Shown here: positions 28,491 to 43,635 of the stretch, in pieces
Layout of the letters: the number at the start of each line of letters is the position of its first letter
Numbering within the stretch: position 1 is the first letter of the stretch
Assembly (NCBI RefSeq): GCF_009914755.1
Contig: NC_060943.1
Strand: one strand, 5' to 3'
Origin: the human T2T-CHM13v2.0 reference genome, Homo sapiens
DNA length: 64,000 nt
The notes under the pieces: model-generated
What the model was told of the DNA's origin: nothing
The model's database searches: none
Seen by the model: only the letters and a program-made list of their open reading frames with translations
Translations under genes and position numbers: made by a program

Positions 28491-30975
28491 CGTGAGAGAG
28501 AGACAGAAGTCGGCACACAGACACGCACTGCGCGCGCACACACACAGACACACACACAGACGCATCCCCCCAACACACACACACACACCCATAACGAACA
28601 CACACGTACAGCAGGGAACACCCACCCGCAGGCAGCCCCTGAAGCTGCCGGGTTCTGCTCTCCGCGACTAAGAGCCACCGGTGAGAGAGCAGCCCACGGG
28701 CACACAGGCGGACCTGTGCTCGTCATCACAAGGGCTCCACTTTTGGGGAGACTCACCCGCACACCGTCCGCGCACGCCTGAGGCTGGGATGCCGCGCTGC
28801 CTCGCCGGCGATCTGTCTGAGTTTTCTTCCTCCTGGGGTTTCTTCCTGCTGGTGGACCCTCCGCGAATCCCGGCCTCCGGAGATCGTCCTGGTAACTGCC
28901 CTGGCCAGGACTGGTCTCAGCCCAGACTCAGAAGCACGATCACACAGGGCTCCTACTTCGCCAAGTGTCAGGGACCCATCCCCGGGCAACGGTGGCTTTC
29001 ACTGTGACCCAAGCGGCGGCTTGGGCCTCGCGCATGCGCACTGGCGAGGCCGACTCCCCCGCTCCACCCCCCCTTACTCCGCAGAGTCAGGCTGCGGACC
29101 CTTTAAAAAATGGCGGCGACGCGGCGGCTGCGGGGCCTGGGGCGGCGGTGCTGGAGGTTGCGGCGGCGGCGGTGGCGGCGCAGCCCGAGGCGGCGGGTGG
29201 GAAGAGGACTGCCAGAGGGGCCTGCGGGAGACCCAGGGTCGGACCCATAGGAGTCCTGTGGTGAGGACCTCCTTGATCGCTCTTCTGCTTCGGTTCCCGC
29301 TGAAGGAGGAGCTTCGGGATGCCGGCTGGGCTGCGCGGACTCCTCTTGGGGTCCGATGATGGATCCAACCGGGTGATCGGGAATGGGGTTCCAATGCAGT
29401 GAGGCCGAAAGGGTCTCGCCGGGGCACAGAAAGATCCCCAGGGCCGCAAGGCGTGCTGTCGGCTGCAAAGGCACCGACCCATGAGCCCACTGCCTCCCTC
29501 CCTCCTGGCAGGAGCAGGGGCCTGCCTTAATCTCCAAGGTCCGAGGGCTCCGGCATCCCGACGCGGCTTCCGGCGACACGGACAAAGAGAGACAGAGGCG
29601 AGTCCGAGCTGGAGCCAGCGTGTCCACATGTGGCACTGTCGTCCCCCAAGAGCACATGCAGGCAGCGTGTGTCTTTGAGGCCGTAGGGGGCGACGACGAG
29701 ACGGACAGTGATGTCCAGGCGTGCGCCCGGGGGGCCACTGGAGACCTGCCCCACAAAGCGGAGGAAAAGCCAAGCGCACCTGAAAACCTGCGAGACAGGG
29801 CCTGTGCGCGAGTCCACGCCACGTTCAGGGAGGCCCGCCAGAGGAGCCGAGACGTTTGGACAAAGTACACCCCACCCCCAGCCCGCCGCCGGCTAGGTAC
29901 CCCTGACGCAACCTCCCCTGCACCCAGCCAAAACCCAGTCCCGTTGGCTCCCTGACATCCGTGGCAGCCAAAAGATTCGGTGCTAGAAGGCACTTTCCCC
30001 AGGAGCGGAGGAACCGGTTGGCCCTCAAGAATCAGAGAGGAAGTGCAGGTGGGATGCAACACCGCCTTTCCTAGAAGGCCAATGTCAGGAGCGGTGGGCT
30101 TGCCTCCGCCTCTTCCTGGACCGAGCGTGCAGCCATCACTTGGGCCATGGAGACCGAGAGAGCTTCCCTGTCCCACACAGGTATGGAAGCCCAGAGCTCC
30201 AGGATCACCACAGCTGCCCATTCATCCAGAAAGAGGTGTGGAGAGGGAAACAATCATGACGCGGACCGCCACGAGGTTTCTCCCTGATGGACGGGGAAGT
30301 CTTGTTTGTGGAAGACACTGAGCCACGCTAAGAAGCCGCCAGGCTTCTCAGAGACGGGGCAGACACAGCAAGAGGGAGGTCAGAGAAGAGGCCAGAGCCC
30401 AGGCAGGATACGGGGGGGCCATGCCACCACCACCGGCATCCGGGGAGGAGTGTCAAACGGGTGACTCGGCCAGGAAGGCCAGCCTTTGAGAGACAGACAT
30501 GCTTGCCCCATCCCCTTGCCGGCTTCCTTCTCCGTCCCTGGGTCGAGCTGTGGCTACATTTCTCGATGAGGGCAGAGGGCGACAGGCGTGACAACCACCT
30601 TCTTGAAGCTCTGCGGGCACCCTCCTGCGCGTGGACAATGAGCGCCTGGGAGGCCGTTGTCCTTGGTTGGGGAGCGCTCGTCTGGATCCAGCCTAGCAAA
30701 GAGGCTGCTCCGGATGGGGAGGGGATGAAAATCCCTGCGGGTTCGACGCCGATGCCCACGTTGCCCAGGCCTTCACAGACCCCCAAACTGGAACTGCCGG
30801 GACGACGACTGCCAACCGGCCACACGACCCAGGCAGAGACGCGGGGAGAGGCTGACCAGAAGAAAGGCCGACGTGCAAGAAACCCACCCTCCGGCGCACA
30901 GGGCACATGTGTCCCAAGGCGCACGCACACACAGACGGACAGAGACAGACAGAGAGGGCGACGGAAACAGCGAGA

Positions 30976-31022
<47 letters not shown>

Positions 31023-33512
31023 GACGTGAGAGAGAGACAGAAGTCGGCACACAGACACGCACTGCGCGCGCACACACACAGACACACACACAGACGCACC
31101 CCCCCAACACACACACACACACCCATAACGAACACACACGTACAGCAGGGAACACCCACCCGCAGGCAGCCCCTGAAGCTGCCGGGTTCTGCTCTCCGAG
31201 ACTAAGAGCCACCGGTGAGAGAGCAGCCCACGGGCACACAGGCGGACCTGTGCTCGTCATCACAAGGGCTCCACTTTTGGGGAGACTCACCCGCACACCG
31301 TCCGCGCACGCCTGAGGCTGGGATCCCGCGCTGCCTCGCCGGCGATCTGTCTGAGGTTTCTTCCTCTTGGGGTTTCTTCCTGCTGGTGGACCCTCCGCGA
31401 ATCCCGGCCTCCGGAGACCGTCCTGGTAACTGCCCTGGCCAGGACTGGTCTCAGCCCAGACTCAGACGCACGATCACACAGGGCTCCTACTTCGCCAAGT
31501 GTCAGGGACCCATCCCCGGGCAACGGTGGCTTTCACTGTGACCCAAGCGGCGGCTTGGGCCTCGCGCATGCGCACTGGCGAGGCCGACTCCCCCGCTCCA
31601 CGCCCCCTTACTCCGCAGAGTCAGGCTGCGGACCCTTTAAAAAATGGCGGCGACGCGGCGGCTGCGGGGCCTGGGGCGGCGGTGCTGGAGGTTGCGGCGG
31701 CGGCGGTGGCGGCGCAGCCCGAGGCGGCGGGTGGGAAGAGGACTGCCAGAGGGGCCTGCGGGAGACCCAGGGTCGGACCCATAGGAGTCCTGTGGTGAGG
31801 ACCTCCTTGATCGCTCTTCTGCTTCGGTTCCCGCGAAAGGAGGAGCTTCGGGATGCCGGCTGGGCTGCGCGGACTCCTCTTGGGGTCCGATGATGGATCC
31901 AACCGGGTGATCGGGAATGGGGTTCCAATGCAGTGAGGCCGAAAGGGTCTCGCCGGGGCACAGAAAGATCCCCAGGGCCGCAAGGCGTGCTGTCGGCTGC
32001 AAAGGCACCGACCCATGAGCCCACTGCCTCCCTCCCTCCTGGCAGGAGCAGGGGCCTGCCTTCATCTCCAAGGCCCGAGGGCTCCGGCATCCCGACGCGG
32101 CTTCCGGCGACACGGGCAAAGAGAGACAGAGGCGAGTCCGAGCTGGTGCCAGTGTGTCCACATGTGGCACTGTCGTCCCCCAAGAGCACATGCAGGCAGC
32201 GTGTGTCTTTGAGACCGTAGGGGGCGACGACGAGACGGACAGTGATGTCCAGGCGTGCGCCCGGGGGGCCACTGGAGACCTGCCCCACAAAGCGGAGGAA
32301 AAGCCAAGCGCACCTGAAAACCTGCGAGACAGGGCCTGTGCGCGAGTCCACGCCACGTTCAGGGAGGCCCGCCAGAGGAGCCGAGAGGTTTGGACAAAGT
32401 ACACCCCACCCCCAGCCCGCCGCCGGCTAGGTACCCCTGACGCAACCTCCCCTGCACCCAGCCAAAACCCAGTCCCGTTGGCTCCCTGACATCCGTGGCA
32501 GCCAAAAGATTCGGTGCTAGAAGGCACTTTCCCCAGGAGCGGAGGAACCGGTTGGCCCTCAAGAATCAGAGAGGAAGTGCAGGTGGGATGCAACACCGCC
32601 TTTCCTAGAAGACCAATGTCAGGAGCGGTGGGCTTGCCTCCGCCTCTTCCTGGACCGAGCGTGCAGCCATCACTTGGGCCATGGAGACCGAGAGAGCTTC
32701 CCTGTCCCACACAGGTATGGAAGCCCAGAGCTCCAGGATCACCACAGCTGCCCAATCATCCAGAAAGAGGTGTGGAGAGGGAAACAATCATGACGCGGAC
32801 CGCCACGAGGTTTCTCCCTGATGGACGGGGAAGTCTTGTTTGTGGAAGACACTGAGCCACGCTAAGAAGCCGCCAGGCTTCTCAGAGACGGGGCAGACAC
32901 AGCAAGAGGGAGGTCAGAGCAGAGGCCAGAGCCCAGGCAGGATACGGGGGGGCCATGCCACCACCACCGGCATCCGGGGAGGACTGTCAAACGGGTGACT
33001 CGGCCAGGAAGGCCAGCCTTTGAGAGACAGACATGCTTGCCCCATCCCCTTGCCGGCTTCCTTCTCCATCCCTGCGTCGAGCTGTGGCTACATTTCTCGA
33101 TGAGGGCAGAGGGCGACAGGCGTGACAACCACCTTCTTGAAGCTCTGCGGGCACCCTCCTGCAGGTGGACAATGAGCGCCTGGGAGGCCGTTGTCCTTGG
33201 TTGGGGAGCGCTCGTCTGGATCCAGCCTAGCAAAGAGGCTGCTCCGGATGGGGAGGGGATGAAAACCCCTGCGGGTTCGACGCCGATGCCCACGTTGCCC
33301 AGGCCTTCACAGACCCCCAAACTGGAACTGCCGGGACGACGACTGCCAACCGGCCACACGACCCAGGCAGAGACGCGGGGAGAGGCTGACCAGAAGAAAG
33401 GCCGACGTGCAAGAAACCCACCCTCCGGCGCACAGGGCCCATGTGTCCCAAGGCGCACGCACACACAGACGGACAGAGACAGAAAGAGAGGGCGACCGAA
33501 AGAGCGAGAAGG

Positions 33513-33544
<32 letters not shown>

Positions 33545-36016
33545 CAGAAGTCGGCACACAGACACGCACTGCGCGCGCACACACACAGACACACACACAG
33601 ACGCATCCCCCCAACACACACACACACACCCATAACGAACACACACGTACAGCAGGGAACACCCACCCGCAGGCAGCCCCTGAAGCTGCCGGGTTCTGCT
33701 CTCCGCGACTAAGAGCCACCGGTGAGAGAGCAGCCCACGGGCACACAGGCGGACCTGTGCTCGTCATCACAAGGGCTCCACTTTTGGGGAGACTCACCCG
33801 CACACCGTCCGCGCACGCCTGAGGCTGGGATGCCGCGCTGCCTCGCCGGCGATCTGTCTGAGTTTTCTTCCTCCTGGGGTTTCTTCCTGCTGGTGGACCC
33901 TCCGCGAATCCCGGCCTCCGGAGACCGTCCTGGTAACTGCCCTGGCCAGGACTGGTCTCAGCCCAGACTCAGACGCACGATCACACAGGGCTCCTACTTC
34001 GCCAAGTGTCAGGGACCCATCCCCGGGCAACGGTGGCTTTCACTGTGACCCAAGCGGCGGCTTGGGCCTCGCGCATGCGCACTGGCGAGGCCGACTCCCC
34101 CGCTCCACCCCCCCTTACTCCGCAGAGTCAGGCTGCGGACCCTTTAAAAAATGGCGGCGACGCGGCGGCTGCGGGGCCTGGGGCGGCGGTGCTGGAGGTT
34201 GCGGCGGCGGCGGTGGCGGCGCAGCCCGAGGCGGCGGGTGGGAAGAGGACTGCCAGAGGGGCCTGCGGGAGACCCAGGGTCGGACCCATAGGAGTCCTGT
34301 GGTGAGGACCTCCTTGATCGCTCTTCTGCTTCGGTTCCCGCTGAAGGAGGAGCTTCGGGATGCCGGCTGGGCTGCGCGGACTCCTCTTGGGGTCCGATGA
34401 TGGATCCAACCGGGTGATCGGGAATGGGGTTCCAATGCAGTGAGGCCGAAAGGGTCTCGCCGGGGCACAGAAAGATCCCCAGGGCCGCAAGGCGTGCTGT
34501 CGGCTGCAAAGGCACCGACCCATGAGCCCACTGCCTCCCTCCCTCCTGGCAGGAGCAGGGGCCTGCCTTCATCTCCAAGACCCGAGGGCTCCGGCATCCC
34601 GACGCGGCTTCCGGCGACACGGACAAAGAGAGACAGAGGCGAGTCCGAGCTGGAGCCAGCGTGTCCACATGTGGCACTGTCGTCCCCCAAGAGCACATGC
34701 AGGCAGCGTGTGTCTTTGAGGCCGTAGGGGGCGACGACGAGACGGACAGTGATGTCCAGGCGTGCGCCCGGGGGGCCACTGGAGACCTGCCCCACAAAGC
34801 GGAGGAAAAGCCAAGCGCACCTGAAAACCTGCGAGACAGGGCCTGTGCGCGAGTCCACGCCACGTTCAGGGAGGCCCGCCAGAGGAGCCGAGACGTTTGG
34901 ACAAAGTACACCCCACCCCCAGCCCGCCGCCGGCTAGGTACCCCTGACGCAACCTCCCCTGCACCCAGCCAAAACCCAGTCCCGTTGGCTCCCTGACATC
35001 CGTGGCAGCCAAAAGATTCGGTGCTAGAAGGCACTTTCCCCAGGAGCGGAGGAACCGGTTGGCCCTCAAGAATCAGAGAGGAAGTGCAGGTGGGATGCAA
35101 CACCGCCTTTCCTAGAAGGCCAATGTCAGGAGCGGTGGGCTTGCCTCCGCCTCTTCCTGGACCGAGCGTGCAGCCATCACTTGGGCCATGGAGACCGAGA
35201 GAGCTTCCCTGTCCCACACAGGTATGGAAGCCCAGAGCTCCAGGATCACCACAGCTGCCCATTCATCCAGAAAGAGGTGTGGAGAGGGAAACAATCATGA
35301 CGCGGACCGCCACGAGGTTTCTCCCTGATGGACGGGGAAGTCTTGTTTGTGGAAGACACTGAGCCACGCTAAGAAGCCGCCAGGCTTCTCAGAGACGGGG
35401 CAGACACAGCAAGAGGGAGGTCAGAGAAGAGGCCAGAGCCCAGGCAGGATACGGGGGGGCCATGCCACCACCACCGGCATCCGGGGAGGAGTGTCAAACG
35501 GGTGACTCGGCCAGGAAGGCCAGCCTTTGAGAGACAGACATGCTTGCCCCATCCCCTTGCCGGCTTCCTTCTCCGTCCCTGCGTCGAGCTGTGGCTACAT
35601 TTCTCGATGAGGGCAGAGGGCGACAGGCGTGACAACCACCTTCTTGAAGCTCTGCGGGCACCCTCCTGCAGGTGGACAATGAGCGCCTGGGAGGCCGTTG
35701 TCCTTGGTTGGGGAGCGCTCGTCTGGATCCAGCCTAGCAAAGAGGCTGCTCCGGATGGGGAGGGGATGAAAACCCCTGCGGGTTCGACGCCGATGCCCAC
35801 GTTGCCCAGGCCTTCACAGACCCCCAAACTGGAACTGCCGGGACGACGACTGCCAACCGGCCACACGACCCAGGCAGAGACGCGGGGAGAGGCTGACCAG
35901 AAGAAAGGCCGACGTGCAAGAAACCCACCCTCCGGCGCACAGGGCACATGTGTCCCAAGGCGCACGCACACACAGACGGACAGAGACAGACAGAGAGGGC
36001 GACGGAAACAGCGAGA

Positions 36017-36065
<49 letters not shown>

Positions 36066-36257
36066 GACGTGAGAGAGAGACAGAAGTCGGCACACAGACA
36101 CGCACTGCGCGCGCACACACACAGACACACACACAGACGCACCCCCCCAACACACACACACACACCCATAACGAACACACACGTACAGCAGGGAACACCC
36201 ACCCGCAGGCAGCCCCTGAAGCTGCCGGGTTCTGCTCTCCGAGACTAAGAGCCACCG

Positions 36258-38555
36258 GTGAGAGAGCAGCCCACGGGCACACAGGCGGACCTGTGCTCGT
36301 CATCACAAGGGCTCCAGTTTTGGGGAGACTCACCCGCACACCGTCCGCGCACGCCTGAGGCTGGGATCCCGCGCTGCCTCGCCGGCGATCTGTCTGAGGT
36401 TTCTTCCTCTTGGGGTTTCTTCCTGCTGGTGGACCCTCCGCGAATCCCGGCCTCCGGAGACCGTCCTGGTAACTGCCCTGGCCAGGACTGGTCTCAGCCC
36501 AGACTCAGACGCACGATCACACAGGGCTCCTACTTCGCCAAGTGTCAGGGACCCATCCCCGGGCAACGGTGGCTTTCACTGTGACCCAAGCGGCGGCTTG
36601 GGCCTCGCGCATGCGCACTGGCGAGGCCGACTCCCCCGCTCCACGCCCCCTTACTCCGCAGAGTCAGGCTGCGGACCCTTTAAAAAATGGCGGCGACGCG
36701 GCGGCTGCGGGGCCTGGGGCGGCGGTGCTGGAGGTTGCGGCGGCGGCGGTGGCGGCGCAGCCCGAGGCGGCGGGTGGGAAGAGGACTGCCAGAGGGGCCT
36801 GCGGGAGACCCAGGGTCGGACCCATAGGAGTCCTGTGGTGAGGACCTCCTTGATCGCTCTTCTGCTTCGGTTCCCGCGAATGGACGAGCTTCGGGATGCC
36901 GGCTGGGCTGCGCGGACTCCTCTTGGGGTCCGATGATGGATCCAACCGGGTGATCGGGAATGGGGTTCCAATGCAGTGAGGCCGAAAGGGTGTCGCCGGG
37001 GCACAGAAAGATCCCCAGGGCCGCAAGGCGTGCTGTCGGCTGCAAAGGCACCGACCCATGAGCCCACTGCCTCCCTCCCTCCTGGCAGGAGCAGGGGCCT
37101 GCCTTCATCTCCAAGGCCCGAGGGCTCCGGCATCCCGACGCGGCTTCCGGCGACACGGGCAAAGAGAGACAGAGGCGAGTCCGAGCTGGTGCCAGTGTGT
37201 CCACATGTGGCACTGTCGTCCCCCAAGAGCACATGCAGGCAGCGTGTGTCTTTGAGACCGTAGGGGGCGACGACGAGACGGACAGTGATGTCCAGGCGTG
37301 CGCCCGGGGGGCCACTGGAGACCTGCCCCACAAAGCGGAGGAAAAGCCAAGCGCACCTGAAAACCTGCGAGACAGGGCCTGTGCGCGAGTCCACGCCACG
37401 TTCAGGGAGGCCCGCCAGAGGAGCCGAGAGGTTTGGACAAAGTACACCCCACCCCCAGCCCGCCGCCGGCTAGGTACCCCTGACGCAACCTCCCCTGCAC
37501 CCAGCCAAAACCCAGTCCCGTTGGCTCCCTGACATCCGTGGCAGCCAAAAGATTCGGTGCTAGAAGGCACTTTCCCCAGGAGCGGAGGAACCGGTTGGCC
37601 CTCAAGAATCAGAGAGGAAGTGCAGGTGGGATGCAACACCGCCTTTCCTAGAAGGCCAATGTCAGGAGCGGTGGGCTTGCCTCCGCCTCTTCCTGGACCG
37701 AGCGTGCAGCCATCACTTGGGCCATGGAGACCGAGAGAGCTTCCCTGTCCCACACAGGTATGGAAGCCCAGAGCTCCAGGATCACCACAGCTGCCCAATC
37801 ATCCAGAAAGAGGTGTGGAGAGGGAAACAATCATGACGCGGACCGCCACGAGGTTTCTCCCTGATGGACGGGGAAGTCTTGTTTGTGGAATACACTGAGC
37901 CACGCTAAGAAGCCGCCAGGCTTCTCAGAGACGGGGCAGACACAGCAAGAGGGAGGTCAGAGCAGAGGCCAGAGCCCAGGCAGGATACGGGGGGGCCATG
38001 CCACCACCACCGGCATCCGGGGAGGACTGTCAAACGGGTGACTCGGCCAGGAAGGCCAGCCTTTGAGAGACAGACATGCTTGCCCCATCCCCTTGCCGGC
38101 TTCCTTCTCCATCCCTGCGTCGAGCTGTGGCTACATTTCTCGATGAGGGCAGAGGGCGACAGGCGTGACAACCACCTTCTTGAAGCTCTGCGGGCACCCT
38201 CCTGCAGGTGGACAATGAGCGCCTGGGAGGCCGTTGTCCTTGGTTGGGGAGCGCTCGTCTGGATCCAGCCTAGCAAAGAGGCTGCTCCGGATGGGGAGGG
38301 GATGAAAACCCCTGCGGGTTCGACGCCGATGCCCACGTTGCCCAGGCCTTCACAGACCCCCAAACTGGAACTGCCGGGACGACGACTGCCAACCGGCCAC
38401 ACGACCCAGGCAGAGACGCGGGGAGAGGCTGACCAGAAGAAAGGCCGACGTGCAAGAAACCCACCCTCCGGCGCACAGGGCCCATGTGTCCCAAGGCGCA
38501 CGCACACACAGACGGACAGAGACAGAAAGAGAGGGCGACCGAAAGAGCGAGAAGG

Positions 38556-38587
<32 letters not shown>

Positions 38588-41072
38588 CGTGAGAGAGAGA
38601 CAGAAGTCGGCACACAGACACGCACTGCGCGCGCACACACACAGACACACACACAGACGCATCCCCCCAACACACACACACACACCCATAACGAACACAC
38701 ACGTACAGCAGGGAACACCCACCCGCAGGCAGCCCCTGAAGCTGCCGGGTTCTGCTCTCCGCGACTAAGAGCCACCGGTGAGAGAGCAGCTCACGGGCAC
38801 ACAGGCGGACCTGTGCTCGTCATCACAAGGGCTCCACTTTTGGGGAGACTCACCCGCACACCGTCCGCGCACGCCTGAGGCTGGGATGCCGCGCTGCCTC
38901 GCCGGCGATCTGTCTGAGTTTTCTTCCTCCTGGGGTTTCTTCCTGCTGGTGGACCCTCCGCGAATCCCGGCCTCCGGAGACCGTCCTGGTAACTGCCCTG
39001 GCCAGGACTGGTCTCAGCCCAGACTCAGACGCACGATCACACAGGGCTCCTACTTCGCCAAGTGTCAGGGACCCATCCCCGGGCAACGGTGGCTTTCACT
39101 GTGACCCAAGCGGCGGCTTGGGCCTCGCGCATGCGCACTGGCGAGGCCGACTCCCCCGCTCCACCCCCCCTTACTCCGCAGAGTCAGGCTGCGGACCCTT
39201 TAAAAAATGGCGGCGACGCGGCGGCTGCGGGGCCTGGGGCGGCGGTGCTGGAGGTGGCGGCGGCGGCGGTGGCGGCGCAGCCCGAGGCGGCGGGTGGGAA
39301 GAGGACTGCCAGAGGGGCCTGCGGGAGACCCAGGGTCGGACCCATAGGAGTCCTGTGGTGAGGACCTCCTTGATTGCTCTTCTGCTTCGGTTCCCGCTGA
39401 AGGAGGAGCTTCGGGATGCCGGCTGGGCTGCGCGGACTCCTCTTGGGGTCCGATGATGGATCCAACCGGGTGATCGGGAATGGGGTTCCAATGCAGTGAG
39501 GCCGAAAGGGTCTCGCCGGGGCACAGAAAGATCCCCAGGGCCGCAAGGCGTGCTGTCGGCTGCAAAGGCACCGACCCATGAGCCCACTGCCTCCCTCCCT
39601 CCTGGCAGGAGCAGGGGCCTGCCTTCATCTCCAAGGCCCGAGGGCTCCGGCATCCCGACGCGGCTTCCGGCGACACGGACAAAGAGAGACAGAGGCGAGT
39701 CCGAGCTGGAGCCAGCGTGTCCACATGTGGCACTGTCGTCCCCCAAGAGCACATGCAGGCAGCGTGTGTCTTTGAGGCCGTAGGGGGCGACGACGAGACG
39801 GACAGTGATGTCCAGGCGTGCGCCCGGGGGGCCACTGGAGACCTGCCCCACAAAGCGGAGGAAAAGCCAAGCCCACCTGAAAACCTGCGAGACAGGGCCT
39901 GTGCGCGAGTCCACGCCACGTTCAGGGAGGCCCGCCAGAGGAGCCGAGACGTTTGGACAAAGTACACCCCACCCCCAGCCCGCCGCCGGCTAGGTACCCC
40001 TGACGCAACCTCCCCTGCACCCAGCCAAAACCCAGTCCCGTTGGCTCCCTGACATCCGTGGCAGCCAAAAGATTCGGTGCTAGAAGGCACTTTCCCCAGG
40101 AGCGGAGGAACCGGTTGGCCCTCAAGAATCAGAGAGGAAGTGCAGGTGGGATGCAACACCGCCTTTCCTAGAAGGCCAATGTCAGGAGCGGTGGGCTTGC
40201 CTCCGCCTCTTCCTGGACCGAGCGTGCAGCCATCACTTGGGCCATGGAGACCGAGAGAGCTTCCCTGTCCCACACAGGTATGGAAGCCCAGAGCTCCAGG
40301 ATCACCACAGCTGCCCAGTCATCCAGAAAGAGGTGTGGAGAGGGAAACAATCATGACGCGGACCGCCACGAGGTTTCTCCCTGATGGACGGGGAAGTCTT
40401 CTTTGTGGAAGACACTGAGCCACGCTAAGAAGCCGCCAGGCTTCTCAGAGATGGGGCAGACACAGCAAGAGGGAGGTCAGAGCAGAGGCCAGAGCCCAGG
40501 CAGGATACGGGGGGGCCATGCCACCACCACCGGCATCCGGGGAGGAGTGTCAAACGGGTGACTCGGCCAGGAAGGCCAGCCTTTGAGAGACAGACATGCT
40601 TGCCCCATCCCCTTGCCGGCTTCCTTCTCCGTCCCTGCGTCGAGCTGTGGCTACATTTCTCGATGAGGGCAGAGGGCGACAGGCGTGACAACCACCTTCT
40701 TGAAGCTCTGCGGGCACCCTCCTGCGCGTGGACAATGAGCGCCTGGGAGGCCGTTGTCCTTGGTTGGGGAGCGCTCGTCTGGATCCAGCCTAGCAAAGAG
40801 GCTGCTCCGGATGGGGAGGGGATGAAAACCCCTGCGGGTTCGACGCCGATGCCCACGTTGCCCAGGCCTTCACAGACCCCCAAACTGGAACTGCCGGGAC
40901 GACGACTGCCAACCGGCCACACGACCCAGGCAGAGACGCGGGGAGAGGCTGACCAGAAGAAAGGCCGACGTGCAAGAAACCCACCCTCCGGCGCACAGGG
41001 CACATGTGTCCCAAGGCGCACGCACACACAGACGGACAGAGACAGACAGAGAGGGCGACGGAAACAGCGAGA

Positions 41073-41113
<41 letters not shown>

Positions 41114-43603
41114 GACGTGAGAGAGAGACAGAAGTCGGCACACAGACACGCACTGCGCGCGCACACACACAGACACACACACAGACGCACCCCCCCAACA
41201 CACACACACACACCCATAACGAACACACACGTACAGCAGGGAACACCCACCCGCAGGCAGCCCCTGAAGCTGCCGGGTTCTGCTCTCCGAGACTAAGAGC
41301 CACCGGTGAGAGAGCAGCCCACGGGCACACAGGCGGACCTGTGCTCGTCATCACAAGGGCTCCACTTTTGGGGAGACTCACCCGCACACCGTCCGCGCAC
41401 GCCTGAGGCTGGGATCCCGCGCTGCCTCGCCGGCGATCTGTCTGAGGTTTCTTCCTCTTGGGGTTTCTTCCTGCTGGTGGACCCTCCGCGAATCCCGGCC
41501 TCCGGAGACCGTCCTGGTAACTGCCCTGGCCAGGACTGGTCTCAGCCCAGACTCAGACGCACGATCACACAGGGCTCCTACTTCGCCAAGTGTCAGGGAC
41601 CCATCCCCGGGCAACGGTGGCTTTCACTGTGACCCAAGCGGCGGCTTGGGCCTCGCGCATGCGCACTGGCGAGGCCGACTCCCCCGCTCCACGCCCCCTT
41701 ACTCCGCAGAGTCAGGCTGCGGACCCTTTAAAAAATGGCGGCGACGCGGCGGCTGCGGGGCCTGGGGCGGCGGTGCTGGAGGTTGCGGCGGCGGCGGTGG
41801 CGGCGCAGCCCGAGGCGGCGGGTGGGAAGAGGACTGCCAGAGGGGCCTGCGGGAGACCCAGGGTCGGACCCATAGGAGTCCTGTGGTGAGGACCTCCTTG
41901 ATCGCTCTTCTGCTTCGGTTCCCGCGAAAGGAGGAGCTTCGGGATGCCGGCTGGGCTGCGCGGACTCCTCTTGGGGTCCGATGATGGATCCAACCGGGTG
42001 ATCGGGAATGGGGTTCCAATGCAGTGAGGCCGAAAGGGTCTCGCCGGGGCACAGAAAGATCCCCAGGGCCGCAAGGCGTGCTGTCGGCTGCAAAGGCACC
42101 GACCCATGAGCCCACTGCCTCCCTCCCTCCTGGCAGGAGCAGGGGCCTGCCTTCATCTCCAAGGCCCGAGGGCTCCGGCATCCCGACGCGGCTTCCGGCG
42201 ACACGGGCAAAGAGAGACAGAGGCGAGTCCGAGCTGGTGCCAGTGTGTCCACATGTGGCACTGTCGTCCCCCAAGAGCACATGCAGGCAGCGTGTGTCTT
42301 TGAGACCGTAGGGGGCGACGACGAGACGGACAGTGATGTCCAGGCGTGCGCCCGGGGGGCCACTGGAGACCTGCCCCACAAAGCGGAGGAAAAGCCAAGC
42401 TCACCTGAAAACCTGCGAGACAGGGCCTGTGCGCGAGTCCACGCCACGTTCAGGGAGGCCCGCCAGAGGAGCCGAGAGGTTTGGACAAAGTACACCCCAC
42501 CCCCAGCCCGCCGCTGGCTAGGTACCCCTGACGCAACCTCCCCTGCACCCAGCCAAAACCCAGTCCCGTTGGCTCCCTGACATCCGTGGCAGCCAAAAGA
42601 TTCGGTGCTAGAAGGCACTTTCCCCAGGAGCGGAGGAACCGGTTGGCCCTCAAGAATCAGAGAGGAAGTGCAGGTGGGATGCAACACCGCCTTTCCTAGA
42701 AGACCAATGTCAGGAGCGGTGGGCTTGCCTCCGCCTCTTCCTGGACCGAGCGTGCAGCCATCACTTGGGCCATGGAGACCGAGAGAGCTTCCCTGTCCCA
42801 CACAGGTATGGAAGCCCAGAGCTCCAGGATCACCACAGCTGCCCAATCATCCAGAAAGAGGTGTGGAGAGGGAAACAATCATGACGCGGACCGCCACGAG
42901 GTTTCTCCCTGATGGACGGGGAAGTCTTGTTTGTGGAAGACACTGAGCCACGCTAAGAAGCCGCCAGGCTTCTCAGAGACGGGGCAGACACAGCAAGAGG
43001 GAGGTCAGAGCAGAGGCCAGAGCCCAGGCAGGATACGGGGGGGCCATGCCACCACCACCGGCATCCGGGGAGGACTGTCAAACGGGTGACTCGGCCAGGA
43101 AGGCTAGCCTTTGAGAGACAGAGATGCTTGCCCCATCCCCTTGCCGGCTTCCTTCTCCATCCCTGCGTCGAGCTGTGGCTACATTTCTCGATGAGGGCAG
43201 AGGGCGACAGGCGTGACAACCACCTTCTTGAAGCTCTGCGGGCACCCTCCTGCAGGTGGACAATGAGCGCCTGGGAGGCCGTTGTCCTTGGTTGGGGAGC
43301 GCTCGTCTGGATCCAGCCTAGCAAAGAGGCTGCTCCGGATGGGGAGGGGATGAAAACCCCTGCGGGTTCGACGCCGATGCCCACGTTGCCCAGGCCTTCA
43401 CAGACCCCCAAACTGGAACTGCCGGGACGACGACTGCCAACCGGCCACACGACCCAGGCAGAGACGCGGGGAGAGGCTGACCAGAAGAAAGGCCGACGTG
43501 CAAGAAACCCACCCTCCGGCGCACAGGGCCCATGTGTCCCAAGGCGCACGCACACACAGACGGACAGAGACAGAAAGAGAGGGCGACCGAAAGAGCGAGA
43601 AGG

Positions 43604-43635
<32 letters not shown>
